From Trichosphaerium sp. ATCC 40318 (taxonomy: Eukaryota > Protista > Tubulinea), in the NCBI GenBank assembly GCA_038496445.1, contig JALMLS010000320.1, positions 310,001 through 374,000 on the forward strand: a stretch of 64,000 nt of DNA, read 5' to 3'. The translations under genes were made by a program, and so were the position numbers. The notes below the pieces were generated by a model, which was not told the DNA's origin, did no database searches, and worked only from the letters and a program-made list of their open reading frames with translations. The first letter of the stretch is position 1, and each line of letters starts with the position of its first letter. Below, in pieces: positions 25,188-36,499 of this stretch.

Positions 25188-28100
25188 ATGGCGTCCAAAA
25201 CGCTAAAGAAGTATTTAAAAGAGGCCAGAGTAGCTATTAAGAATAAAAAATATGACGTAGCTCTTGATAAAGCTACTACAGCGAGTTCAATAGACAGAAC
25301 CAATGCGACGGCGTTAGTTTTAAAAGGAGCAGCAGCATCAAAGCTAAATAAACCCGAAATTGCCACAGAGAGCTTTGAAAAGGCCTTAGAATTAGATAGC
25401 GGTAATGTCACGGCGATGCAGGTACTCGAACTCATTAATAGTGATAATTATGAATTAAAACCGCTAACTGTAATATAGGGCCTCGCAGAGCTTGCATTAG
25501 CAAGCGGTAACAGTAAAACAGTAATAAGCGCATGTTCGCCGATAATGGAGCAGCTGGGGTACGTTGCTTCACGTTTGTTTGTTTTTAAAGTCGAAATCGC
25601 TAATATCGCGGACCTAAATAGATCGAAGCATCCGAAATATAAAACATACGGTAGACACGTTGCAACAGCATACGAAGAAGAAGGCGACAATGAGAATGTA
25701 ATCAAAAAAACTGCATATTCATTTGACACATTGTGACACTTTTTTTTTTTTCTTCATTTTTTTCATGTTTTTGCTCACTCTGATTTTTATAGGCGTTAGG
25801 TATATGGGAAAACGTTCTTGATGGTCTTGAAAAAATACCTAAAACAGTGAATATAAGAACAGTAGTACTTCGTAATATTGTACGACTATACACGCTAAAA
25901 GAAGAAGCAGAACTAGTTCCGGAAATCATTTCAGGTTACAAAAGAAAATACAAAAAAACTCTTACTCCTGCTGGTGCACGTTCACATGGAATTAATGTAT
26001 TAACAGTGCGAAAGGAATTAAACGAACGATTGTATGGAAAAAGTAGAACAAAGGTAAGCGGTAATGTTGAAATAATTACTGACGTTTTTTTTTAATTTCA
26101 GGTGGCTAATTATGTCGTTGAATTTTACAACATTGTTAATAAGTTGAATGCTTCTATGGATGATATAGAACTCATTTACAGATATCTTAAGATTATATTA
26201 CTACCTTGGAATTGTGGCAAACCATACTTGACAAAGACACCTGAAGATCTACTCAAAGTAAACATTGACATTTGTAACACGTTGGGAAAAAACTTATTCA
26301 ACACGAGTGGCCGAGCTATAGCAGAAAACCAATTGACCTGGTGTTTCGGCGATAATTGTGCCTTTGAAATAGATGAAGCTATTAGAACTGCATGTAGGAT
26401 GGTTCGCATAGACCCTTCTGTTCAAATCTCGTACCTATACGTTGCTCATACGTTGCTTCATGTAAGTTTTGTTTCAGATCGTATTTTTGAATTATCTTCC
26501 TTACGGCTTTTGTAACCCTTTTGATTTAGACTTCTGGGTTTGGTTCTATGCCTATAGTTAATAAGGGTATGTCTCTATTAAAGACAGTACTCAAAACTTA
26601 CCCGAACAATCCCGTGGCATTGTGCTTGATGGCGTCATGTTGGCTAGCTAAAGATAAGTTCAAATATGCAATAGAGCATGCTAAAAAAGGTCTTTTGGCT
26701 GTGAAAAGGCTATCTGAGCTTGGACTTAGCCTTAAGAAAGTTTGGACATCTCTGCACATTGTTCTTGCGACTACATTCCTCCGTTGGCGTAAGATCAAAC
26801 AAGCAGAAATGACATTCAAAAACATACTTAAACTAGCTCCAGAAAACCCTTCTGCGTTGCTTGTACGTATCCAAAACAAACCCAAAAGCTTTTGCAATGA
26901 ACAAAAACATCACTATTTAATAGTTCAGTATGTTAATGACTTGCATATAGGGCCTAGCTCAAATAGATTACTCTAGACATGACTACACTGCTTCTTTATC
27001 TCGTCTTGAAAGTATTAAGGGTGATGCAGCTAAGAAAGCAAGCATACTTGCTATGCACGCTTGGTTGAGTTACAGGAAGATCTGTGGAAACTCAGCAGAG
27101 TCTCTTGAAGAAATTTCTAAACCAGCAAAGCCATCAAAAGAAAACCTTTACATACTCATTGAAGCGAAAAACCGTATTCAAGCTTCTATTGATGAAAGTG
27201 AGAATCCAACACCTTTCTTATATTACCGACTCGGAAAACTCTTTTGGGCTATTCAAGGTACGCTCAAGAAGACCTAAGTACAATTGCTAACGTGCACCTC
27301 CGCTCTGGAGTTCAAAAACGTTGACAAACACCTTGATTTTTATCTGTTTGAGCTAACTTGAGTTAGAGAACCTCAAGGCTTACAATGCTTGGGCTACTTG
27401 TATTAAGCAGTGCAGAGATATATCACGTGGCCGATTGACTTTTCCTCTATTTGAAGACGTTTCTCTTGCACACTATACAATACGACGTATTCATGGTCAA
27501 GCTTTGGCTTGGGTTGGTGTTTACTACAATGCCACTGCTTCGAGTGATAGATCAATGGACTGTTGGGCAATGGCTTTGAGTAAGAATATCGGTAGTAAGA
27601 TTGCAGCACGTGGAATGAGTCGTATGTATATGAAGAAAGAAGAGTTCGATAAGGCTGCTCAAGTTCTTCAACGTGTTTCTGATTTAGGACATATGTGGCC
27701 AAGAAAACTTCTTGGTGCAATACAACTCTCTTTGAGGTCATTTGATTTAGCTATTACTAATCTTAATCAATGGATAAGAGGTCATCCGAACGATGACAGA
27801 GCGTGGGTGCTACTAGCGGAATGCTACACGTAAGTATTCGGATTTCTTTTCTTTACAGTTTTTTTGTTACAAGTATAGGCTTGCTTACAAGTTTTAAGGC
27901 GTCAAGGAAAGTACAGGGCAGCATCTAGAGTTGTTGAGAAAGCTCAAGCAATTGAAAGCAGTGATGAAAGTGTTAAGCTGCTTCTTGCATATAATGCTGC
28001 ATTACTTCATGCTAAGTTGGGAGAGACAGAATTGGCTATTGGTCAACTTGAGAAGATCCCAGAATTTCTCCCTGCCTTGAAGATTCGTGGAGATGCTCAT

Positions 28101-30549
28101 TTTTCTCTTTTCCGTAGATTTTATGAGGAGACACGTTATGAACGTAGTAGAGAAGAATTAATCAAATCAGTACGTTCTTTTCTAAGTTCACTAAAAGTCA
28201 AAACATTTCACTTCGTACTTGCCTTGTGTTTAATGTTTTGTAGGTTGATACGTATGTCAAATGCGTAGAGCATAAAGAAGGTGATATGGGCGTTATGCAT
28301 AAGGCTATGGGTGATGCACTTACTTGGTGTGTTGCTTTTCAAACAATGGATTCTTCGTGGACTTTGTCTATGCTTGAAAGAGGAGAAAAAGCTTATTTGA
28401 GTGCTCTCGGTTTCCTCAGTTCCTCAAAAGCTAAAGCCAAAGGTCATTATGATTTGGGGCGTAATATATACTTGCAATATTCGATTACAAGGAGTGATAA
28501 TGATAAGAGACAAAAAGCCTTTGAACAATTTAAAATCTCTGTTTCTTTGAACCCACAATCTCCTAAATATTGGAATGCACTTGGTGTTTCTGCTTTAGAC
28601 CCAAATGTACAACAACATTGTGTATTAACTGCTCTTCATCTGAACAAACAAGTACGCTTTACTTTTTTCCATTTTGGCGCACGTGACCTAACATATGGTT
28701 TCTTTTTATAGTATGGTCCAAGTGCTGGAAATATTTCGTTATTACTTGCGAACAAGCAAGCTGATTTGTCGACTGTTGGAAACTGGACTCTTGGTATTGA
28801 TAAGAGAGGCGTTGGATGGGCTTCACTTGCGCAAACAGGAAGTGGTAAAAATGCACGTAATGGGTGGTATCAAGCGTACAAGATTGCACCACATAATGTA
28901 AGTTGCGATTGATCTATTTTTTTTGTTTGGTTTGTTGTCAACATCATTAATGGTACTTTAGACCACTTTTTGTATCGGATTTTTACAGAGCTGGATTAAT
29001 GCACCTAAAGGGCCTCCTCAACTAAATATGGCTTCTATTAGATTGTCATTGTTGTCTAAAACAGATGAAAAAGCTAGAATGCTAGCGTCAGTTTATCATG
29101 AGAGTAATGGACGTTTGGAACTGGCAAAAGGTAAGTGCCTTTGCGACTTTTTCTTCTTGTGCTTGTGTTGTACTTAAATTTACTTAGAGGGTTACAATAT
29201 TGCGTCACAAAGTAAGAATGCGACAGTATCTTTGTTCGGGACTGTGGGAACTGCTAGAGTACTTGTTAAACAGAAACAGTTCATCAAAGCAAGAGAATTG
29301 CTTGAAAGTAGTGGAAAAGGTCATCGAAGTACAAAGCCACTAGTTGCTCTTTGTCACCTTGGTGAACGGTATGTTGACTTATTTTTGTGAAGAATACATT
29401 GATTATCATCTATTCTTTACTAATCTACTCGCATTAGAGACTTTGCAAAGGCCTCAACTTCATTTCAAGACGTCCTTAAGACATATGAAAAGAAACTTAA
29501 CGAAGACCAAAAATATTACCTTCAATCATGCTTGAACCTCTCTGATGCTAATGCCAAGAACCCTGGACTTATAACTAGACTTAAGAAAGCAGTTGCAGAC
29601 GCGAAAAGTAACCAGGATAAGTTCTCTGAGTCTCTTTACCTCGCTGCTGTTTCTTACCACATTGGCGATATCTCATTGACAAAGGAAGCTCTTAAACAGT
29701 GCTATGGATTTAGTGCAAACCCTAAAACACCTGAAACAATCGTTAGAGATCCTAGATATTGGCTACTCTGCTTTGCAGTTAGTCCAAACGCTAAGACGCT
29801 CATAAGAGGTTTAACTATTACAAGAGCTACTATTCTATTAGATCTTGTACCTGGTGCTTTATTGGATGATAAAATGCGTCCAGGAATAGCTGAAGGTTGG
29901 CCTCAACTTGATGCTTTGCTTCAAAAGATTAGTAGCAGGTCTTCGAGATACAACTCCGTTATTTTCCATATCAGAGCTTTGTACTGTGTTATTGTTGCTG
30001 ATAAAGCACATGCTGGGCTTGTTTATGCTCAGCGCGCACTAAGAAGATGTCCTGAGGATGATTCACTTCGTGCTACATTGTTCTTGGCTAGAAGCAAGAT
30101 GGAAGAGAAAGATAGAGTTGAGGCTCTTACAAAAAGGCTTTCTAAGCTTAAAGAGTCATTCGAAAAATCACCAACTCTTTCTGGTTTACTCGTACGTCAC
30201 GTGATAACGTTTTTATTATCTTTTTAATTTAATTCGCATCACGTGGTTGTTGATATTTATTACGTGTTTTTAGAGGATGAGTGTTGTTTTCGATCAACTT
30301 GGTAAGGCGAAGGCTTCTGAGCATTGCCTAAAGAACGGAATGAAATGGTTCCCTGAATCAAAGAATGTAATCGCAACTTATACAGCATTGCATTATGCTA
30401 ATGCAAAGAAACACAGTGATTCTGTTAGTGCTCTTAAAGGTGTTACCTTGAAGCGTATCGAAGCACTGAAGAGCGCTTTAGAATCAATGAAAAATGGGAT
30501 GCTCAATGACGAAGTACTTCAACTGTTTAACATGCCAGGTTCTAAGTAA
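25188..30549 (+). CDS. SKI3: Superkiller complex protein 3 (TTC37/SKI3-like) TPR protein, multi-exon
   Basis: N-terminus KTLKKYLKEARVAIKNKKYDVAL...ALVLKGAAASKL...FEKALELDSGNVTAMQGLAEL closely parallels the TTC37/Ski3 N-terminus. Later WNALGVSALDPNVQQHC and TPR arrays. Confidence 0.75.
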
Positions 30550-30752
30550 AATCTTTTTGATTCAAGACTACTCCAAATTATCGATCTTACTTGTGTTTTG
30601 ATGCTATGCGGGTTACTAGCTTTGGTTTAGGCTGTTGCTTGGCTGAGTTATTTGCAACACATGTTTTTGTAAGGTTTTGCGCAAGTTCTGTTTTCTTTGG
30701 GGTGAATTGGATGTAAGTACTTTTTGTGTATTCGGGTATGAATACAGTAGTT

Positions 30753-30760
30753 AAAAAAAA
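30753..30760 (-). terminator. Candidate RNA polymerase III terminator (T8) closing the permuted-tRNA structure
   Basis: TTTTTTTT follows CACCG at the 3' end of the base-paired flank. Confidence 0.5.
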
Positions 30761-30842
30761 CGGTGGTTGCGTCTCGTGCCTCCTATCAGTTACGACAGCC
30801 AGTAGTACACCATCGAACACCGACAAGATACGAAGTATTAAA

Positions 30843-30915
30843 ATTGAGCTTAAGTCAATCGCCTTAACCACTTGGCTACTCTCCTGTTGATAGGAGAGGC
30901 GGGATTCGAACCCAC
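30843..30915 (-). tRNA. Circularly permuted tRNA-Leu(UAA): 3' half upstream of 5' half
   Basis: Minus strand reads GTGGG-TTCGAAT-CCCGC-CTCTCCT-A [TCAAC] AGGAGAG-TA-GCC-AAGTGGTTAA-GGC-G-ATTGA-CT-TAA-GC-TCAAT. The 7-bp acceptor and 5-bp anticodon stems are perfect, with a Leu-type D loop and A73. Confidence 0.85.
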
Positions 30916-31698
30916 GAGAGTTTGTTTTTTGTTATTTGGTGTGACAGCATACTGGGGGTATGAGACACGGTGACTGAGATTATTGCACCGCACTGAAAGA
31001 GAGAACCAACACGTTTAAATACACGTAATAGTTGACAGAAAAAAAAATTGTGGGATTAGTTTTCTGCTAAAATTAGCAAAACGCTGATTCAATGGCTTCA
31101 ATATAAAAAAATTTGGTACAACACAAGCAAAACTGGCTACAAAAGAGTGAATTTGTCGGTTTTTTTTCATGTGGTTTCGATAGCTTTATTAATATTATTA
31201 TGTAAACTTCTTACAGAAAAGTATTTTTTCTATTCGTTCAACTTAAACTGTTTTCGCTTCCAACAGGTTTATTTCGCAAAACTGAAATAAAGGAGGAAAA
31301 AAGCGAAGAAATTTGAAGACCTTATTACAAATAACTCTATTAAAACTAAATTTAAGGCTACATAGTGATAATACTAGGATGTAATAGGCTTTAATGAAGC
31401 ACGTGGACCACGTGAAAACGGTAAGGAGAGAAAGTTGACACTGTAAAGTTGAAAAGAGCATACTAATACTTGAACGGTATTATTTATATTTTGCTGCGTC
31501 ACAGCCATACCTTTACTCGCCACGTATGCTATATATGTTTGTGTTTGGGGCAGTAACTATATATGATGCAATTTATACTATTGCACGTTTACACAATGTA
31601 GAGCAGAAGCAACGTTTGGTTAGTATTCATTGAATCGTTGACAATTAATGAATCAATGTTGTTTTATGACTTTTAAAAAACACAAATATATTGACTCT

Positions 31699-33803
31699 AT
31701 GGAATTGAAAGCATCCTACGATTTTGGTACTACTACTAGTAGTAAGACTAAATGTTTTACGGACCTTTCCGATATTTTTAATCAACTTCTAAATGATTCC
31801 TACCAAGAAACGTACAAAAACGCTTTTAAACTGTTAGAAATAAACGTTTGTAGCTCAACAAAGGAAGAAACAGCTTATAGATTTGCGGAAGTGACCAATT
31901 TGGCGTTAAACCATATCAAAGAAGTTGTACTAGTATCCGACGAACTGCTGGAATCCAAGCAAGTGCTAAAAGTAGCTTGTTTACACTGTGCGCCAAAAAT
32001 CAACCGATTTTCTCGTAACAAAGCTTAAACACAGTTTAGCAGCTGTCAGTGGATTGCTTTGCAATCAATTACTACGAGACTCAACATTAGACAACTCTAT
32101 ACACAATAACTATGTCAAGAGGTAACAGTATTCCTCCTGCTTCAGAAATTTCGTTGCTTTTCATTTCGTTTTTGTTGTTGATCTAAAAATAGTACACTGT
32201 CACTTTTTGAGAGAGCTTGGGAACTTGCCACTGTACGACATGTCAAATACATATTTACTTTTAAACTTGAGTAGGATGAGAATGTTTTGGAATTACTTGA
32301 GTGGATGTATGGTGTTAGTTGGGGAAGTGATTGTGCTGATATGTTGGGCGAAACACAAATCTTAAAAAGTCTTTATCCTTACCTTAGTTCTGAATCAACA
32401 ACAATAAGAGATTATGCTTTTCAGAATTGTGTATATCTCTTAGATGGTGAAGCGAACACTTTACTATTCCAAGAGCTAGGCGGCATGGATTTTATCTTAA
32501 AAAATGGACTAAGAAATAAACAAGAACACGAGAAAGTTATAGTACGTTCTACCATATCAAAAATAGTCATTGCGTCTTTCTATACTTTCCTGTCTGTATA
32601 TCTAATGTTTATGTGTAAATAGGATATAGTATGGAAGATATCATTGTTTTCTTCGGCAGTGAGTGACTTGATTAGCCATGATCTATTTTTACACACAATA
32701 AAGTGGATACCTTCTACTGAAACACTTGGAGATCTAACTATTAAGCTTATAGCTTGTTGTTATCTATCTTGTTTATTGGTACAGGGAGAAACAGATAAGC
32801 ATTGTCAAAGTATACTTCAGAGAGAGGGTGCAAAGGATAAATGCTTTGAACTTGCAAAACATCTTCGTCCTAATTTACATGCTGATCTTGATTGTGTTAT
32901 TGACGGTTGGGAGTTTGCTATTCCACAGTTGAAGAACAAGAGTATAGAAGTCAATTGTAGTATATTAACACTTATATATTATACACTTCAAGACAAAGCC
33001 AATTCAGAGGTTGATGTAACAAAGGTACTATCTTAAAGAAATTTGTTTTGAACTTGCTGCACTCTTGTTTTTTTTCTTTGACACTCTAAAACACTGTAAA
33101 TGTGTCGACACTTGTAACAGTTGTGTATGTTGTGGGTTTGGAATTAATGTGTTTTCTCTAGATGCTCGAAAGGGATGGTGTTATTCCTCATATAATAAAT
33201 GTGTTAAAGAAAAAACCTCGATTGACTAACAGGGAAGTTTTCGCGATAAATTTGGTTCTTGACATACTGGAAATATGCTCTAAGGATACCAGTGTACTGT
33301 GTAGTTTGGTACACCATGGCATTTTACGGTAAGCTTGAGAAACGTTCCCAGATTCCTCTTCTTTTTTGTTGTTGAAAGTACCTATTGTCTATCTGACTGC
33401 TATGTTAATAGAGCTTTGTTCAATTGTACTGTAAATATTAATAGAAGAAATACTATTCTGGGATATATTATTACAGCAGATCCTAGCGTTTACATACATA
33501 GTATGTGCAACAAAAACAAAAATAGAATCCTACGCTAAAACCCTATTTTTAGAGGCACCTAAAGGAACTGTTTTGACATTGTTCAACACTTGTCAGAATT
33601 TCTTAATGAATAATGCGGATGACATTGTTGCTCTTGCAACTTTTAGTCATCAGCATGATATGAACGTTATGGCAGCTTTCTTTACAGCATCTGCACTTAA
33701 AAAAAAAGACACTTTATCTTCAGAAGAATTAAAAGTACTTGATCACTCAACTGAATTCAACAAGATGTTCAAGCTTCTTTCAGCTTTACATCATCTCAAC
33801 TGA
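31699..33803 (+). CDS. ARM/HEAT-like helical repeat hypothetical protein, multi-exon
   Basis: Consecutive exons with GT-AG introns. ARM-like segments (LLFQELGGMDFILK; MLERDGVIPHIINVLK; LVHHGIL). Confidence 0.55.
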
Positions 33804-34129
33804 TTCCTGTTGAAATGGTACCTCAATAGACCTATGTAATGTTATTCAAAGCCATAAGCACTTGCAAGAATATAACGCTCATTCGTTGTGTTCCATGAAC
33901 TTAGCTATGTAAATATTAGTAAATTAGACCTTGTGAAGAATGTCACTACTTTTTTACATATTGACGTGTTTCTCATGAAATAGATGAAGAACACATGGTC
34001 TGGTACAGTTTGTCCCTCAATGGTTAGTAATTGTATCTTGTTTGAATCCAGAATTATTAGCTTAATTAACCTCAAGTAGTAGTCAGTAGGCACAATTACG
34101 TTTTATTTATTTTTCAAAATGAGATTGAA

Positions 34130-35408
34130 CTAAATTCCAAGTAAATCATCGTCCATGATAGCCTCTGAAGATAGCTCCTTGTTTAACACCTTTGATATTT
34201 TTGAACAACCTTTTACGTTAATAGTATGAGCACTATCTAAAAGTTTTCTAACACTCACATCAGTAACCTTAATACATCCACTTATGTCTATTGAACAAAC
34301 GCCGGTTAAGCTCAGAAACCCCTCCATCAGTTACTTTACATCCTGCTATATTGATCACACTTACTCCTTTAAGCGCTTTAAGACTCTTATCTGTAATCTT
34401 TGTACCCCGCAGATCAACAGTATGAGCTCCTTTGAGATGACATACACCCTCATCAGTTACTCTAAAACATCTCTTTAAACTAATTCTTTGAACACCTTTA
34501 AGTGCTTTAACTCCTTCATCCGTGACTTCATTACATCCACTAAGGTCTATAGTATGTACACCTGATAGTTCTTTCAAACCAGTATTTGTTATAAGATAGC
34601 ACTCTACAAGAGATATAGTATGAACGCCAGAAAGAGACTTAAGACATTTATCAGTAACCAAAATACAATGTTTAAGCGAGATCTTATGTACACCTGCCAA
34701 AGAACATAATCCTTTATAGTTCGTTTTCCTACAATAACTAAGATCTATTGTATGCACTCCTTCTAATTGACGTATACCAATGTACGTTATATCATAACAA
34801 CGTGATAAATTTAAGGTATGAACATTCTTTAAATGAGAAATACCTTGACTATCAACCTTCGTTCTTTCACTGTTACTTCCATTTTCCTCATTATGTAAAT
34901 CAACAACCTTTGATCCATTTAAATAAGATATTCCAGGAGATGTAATTAAAGGACAATCTCTTAGAGTAACAGTATGAAAGCCTCCTTGATTGCTAAAGTA
35001 AAGTAAAGTTTTGTTCTTTAAGTTTTTACATCCAACAAAAGAAATAGTATGTACGCCAGCAAGTGCTTTAAAACCCGTATGCGTTATTCTATTACAACCA
35101 ATAAGATGTATAGTATGTACTCCTGCTAGTCTACATAATGAACGGTCTGATATAGTACTGTAAGTCGTTATTTTTGCTTTTTTAAGTAATCCTGCTTTTG
35201 TAACTCTTCTTATATCTTTTGAACTCTGTAACTTTATGTTTGGCGAGGAAGTATATCGCAGGTTTTCTAATACGATTCTCTTTAGTAGCCAGCAAACACA
35301 AACAACAGAGCCCATAGTTTCAGTATCAGTGACATCATATAGTAGTACGTGCTCTATTATTTCAACTGGGAGATCTGTTAACGCCATTTCCGCTGTATTT
35401 GATTCCAT
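34130..35408 (-). CDS. Intronless F-box + LRR protein (GVHTI repeats) with a single frameshift near 34320
   Basis: LTDLPVEIIEHVL F-box and ~12 LxGVHTIxLxxCxxITDxG repeats. The repeat continues in another frame (FLSLTGVCSIDISGCIKVTD) after a GGGG run. Confidence 0.8.
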
Positions 35409-35804
35409 TTAGCCTCAGAATTAATACTTTACGCCCAAATAGCCTGTTTCTGTATCAATCGCCTACGCAATTCGTAAGCAAACGCGTTTCTCAACAAATA
35501 GCTGAAAATACTGTCCAACCTTTTTACGATGATCTAGATGATGTTTTGAACGACAGGAAGCGTTTTGTAGTTGATTTGCGTTCAATAGCGCCAAGTACGT
35601 TCGAAATAGATGGAGTTTTCGTTAGTTATGGTAAGGTTTTTCAAAACTCGTCAAAGACAACCTATTTTTAGGTTTGAAATCACGTGATAGTTTAAGAGTG
35701 TTGGCGTACAATATTATGACTATTTTTAAGAGTTTCATGTGGTAATAAGCCTTTGGCGCAGTGGGTGTTAAGATGCGACATATAAGGTAAGCTTGGTGTT
35801 CACG

Positions 35805-36499
35805 CTATTTATTTTCTTTGGAGTCACTTTTTTTTTTTCTGTTTTCGATTATGTTACCTTTAATGTCCAATAATTTTTGCTCTCCCTTGATTTTACCATT
35901 CTTATAAGTATAGTTTACCTTTAACATAATTTTGTTGTTGTTTATGTTGATTATTCTGATACCATTTACTAGTCTATCTTCAACATAATTGCATTGTGAT
36001 CCAACATGGCTATTCTCATACCACTTACACTCGCCATGTTTTTTACCATTATTATAGTTTAGATGCGCTTTGGGCTGACCGTTCTCATACCACGATTTAC
36101 ATTCACCGTGCCTGTTGTCATTGAAATAATTCAAATGAAGTTTGAGCTGACCATTTTGAAACCACATTTTATAATCGCCTTGCAGTTTACCTTTAACATA
36201 CCGACAAAATTCTTTTAATTGGCCATTGTCATACCACTCAGAACATTCACCTTCAGCTATTCCTTTTTTATAATTGTCGTAATACTCCACTTTTCCGTTG
36301 TCATGCCACGTTATCCTGGGACCTGTTATTTCATTATTCTCATTCAACCAATGCCTACTAATTGTGTATCCATTTTTTGTTATATTTACAGGTGTAAATT
36401 CTACACTAAGTAAGCAAGCTATCTTTGCAGAAACAATCTAGTACTAGTACGTACCTTCAACTGGACGAAAATCACCCATTTGTCTTCGCGAAGCACCAT
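35805..36499 (-). CDS. MORN-variant (YwqK-like) repeat protein
   Basis: Repeats of GxxxxWYxNGQLK...YxxGKxHG. A probable short first exon splices in frame. Confidence 0.75.

Noticed and set aside
24913-25188. Functional link between the divergently transcribed NACHT-TPR gene and SKI3
   Set aside because: Short head-to-head spacing is expected in a compact genome, and the NACHT gene start is uncertain.
30975-30995. Group II intron start (GTGCG) upstream of the permuted tRNA
   Set aside because: No domain V/VI consensus, and the region is far too short.
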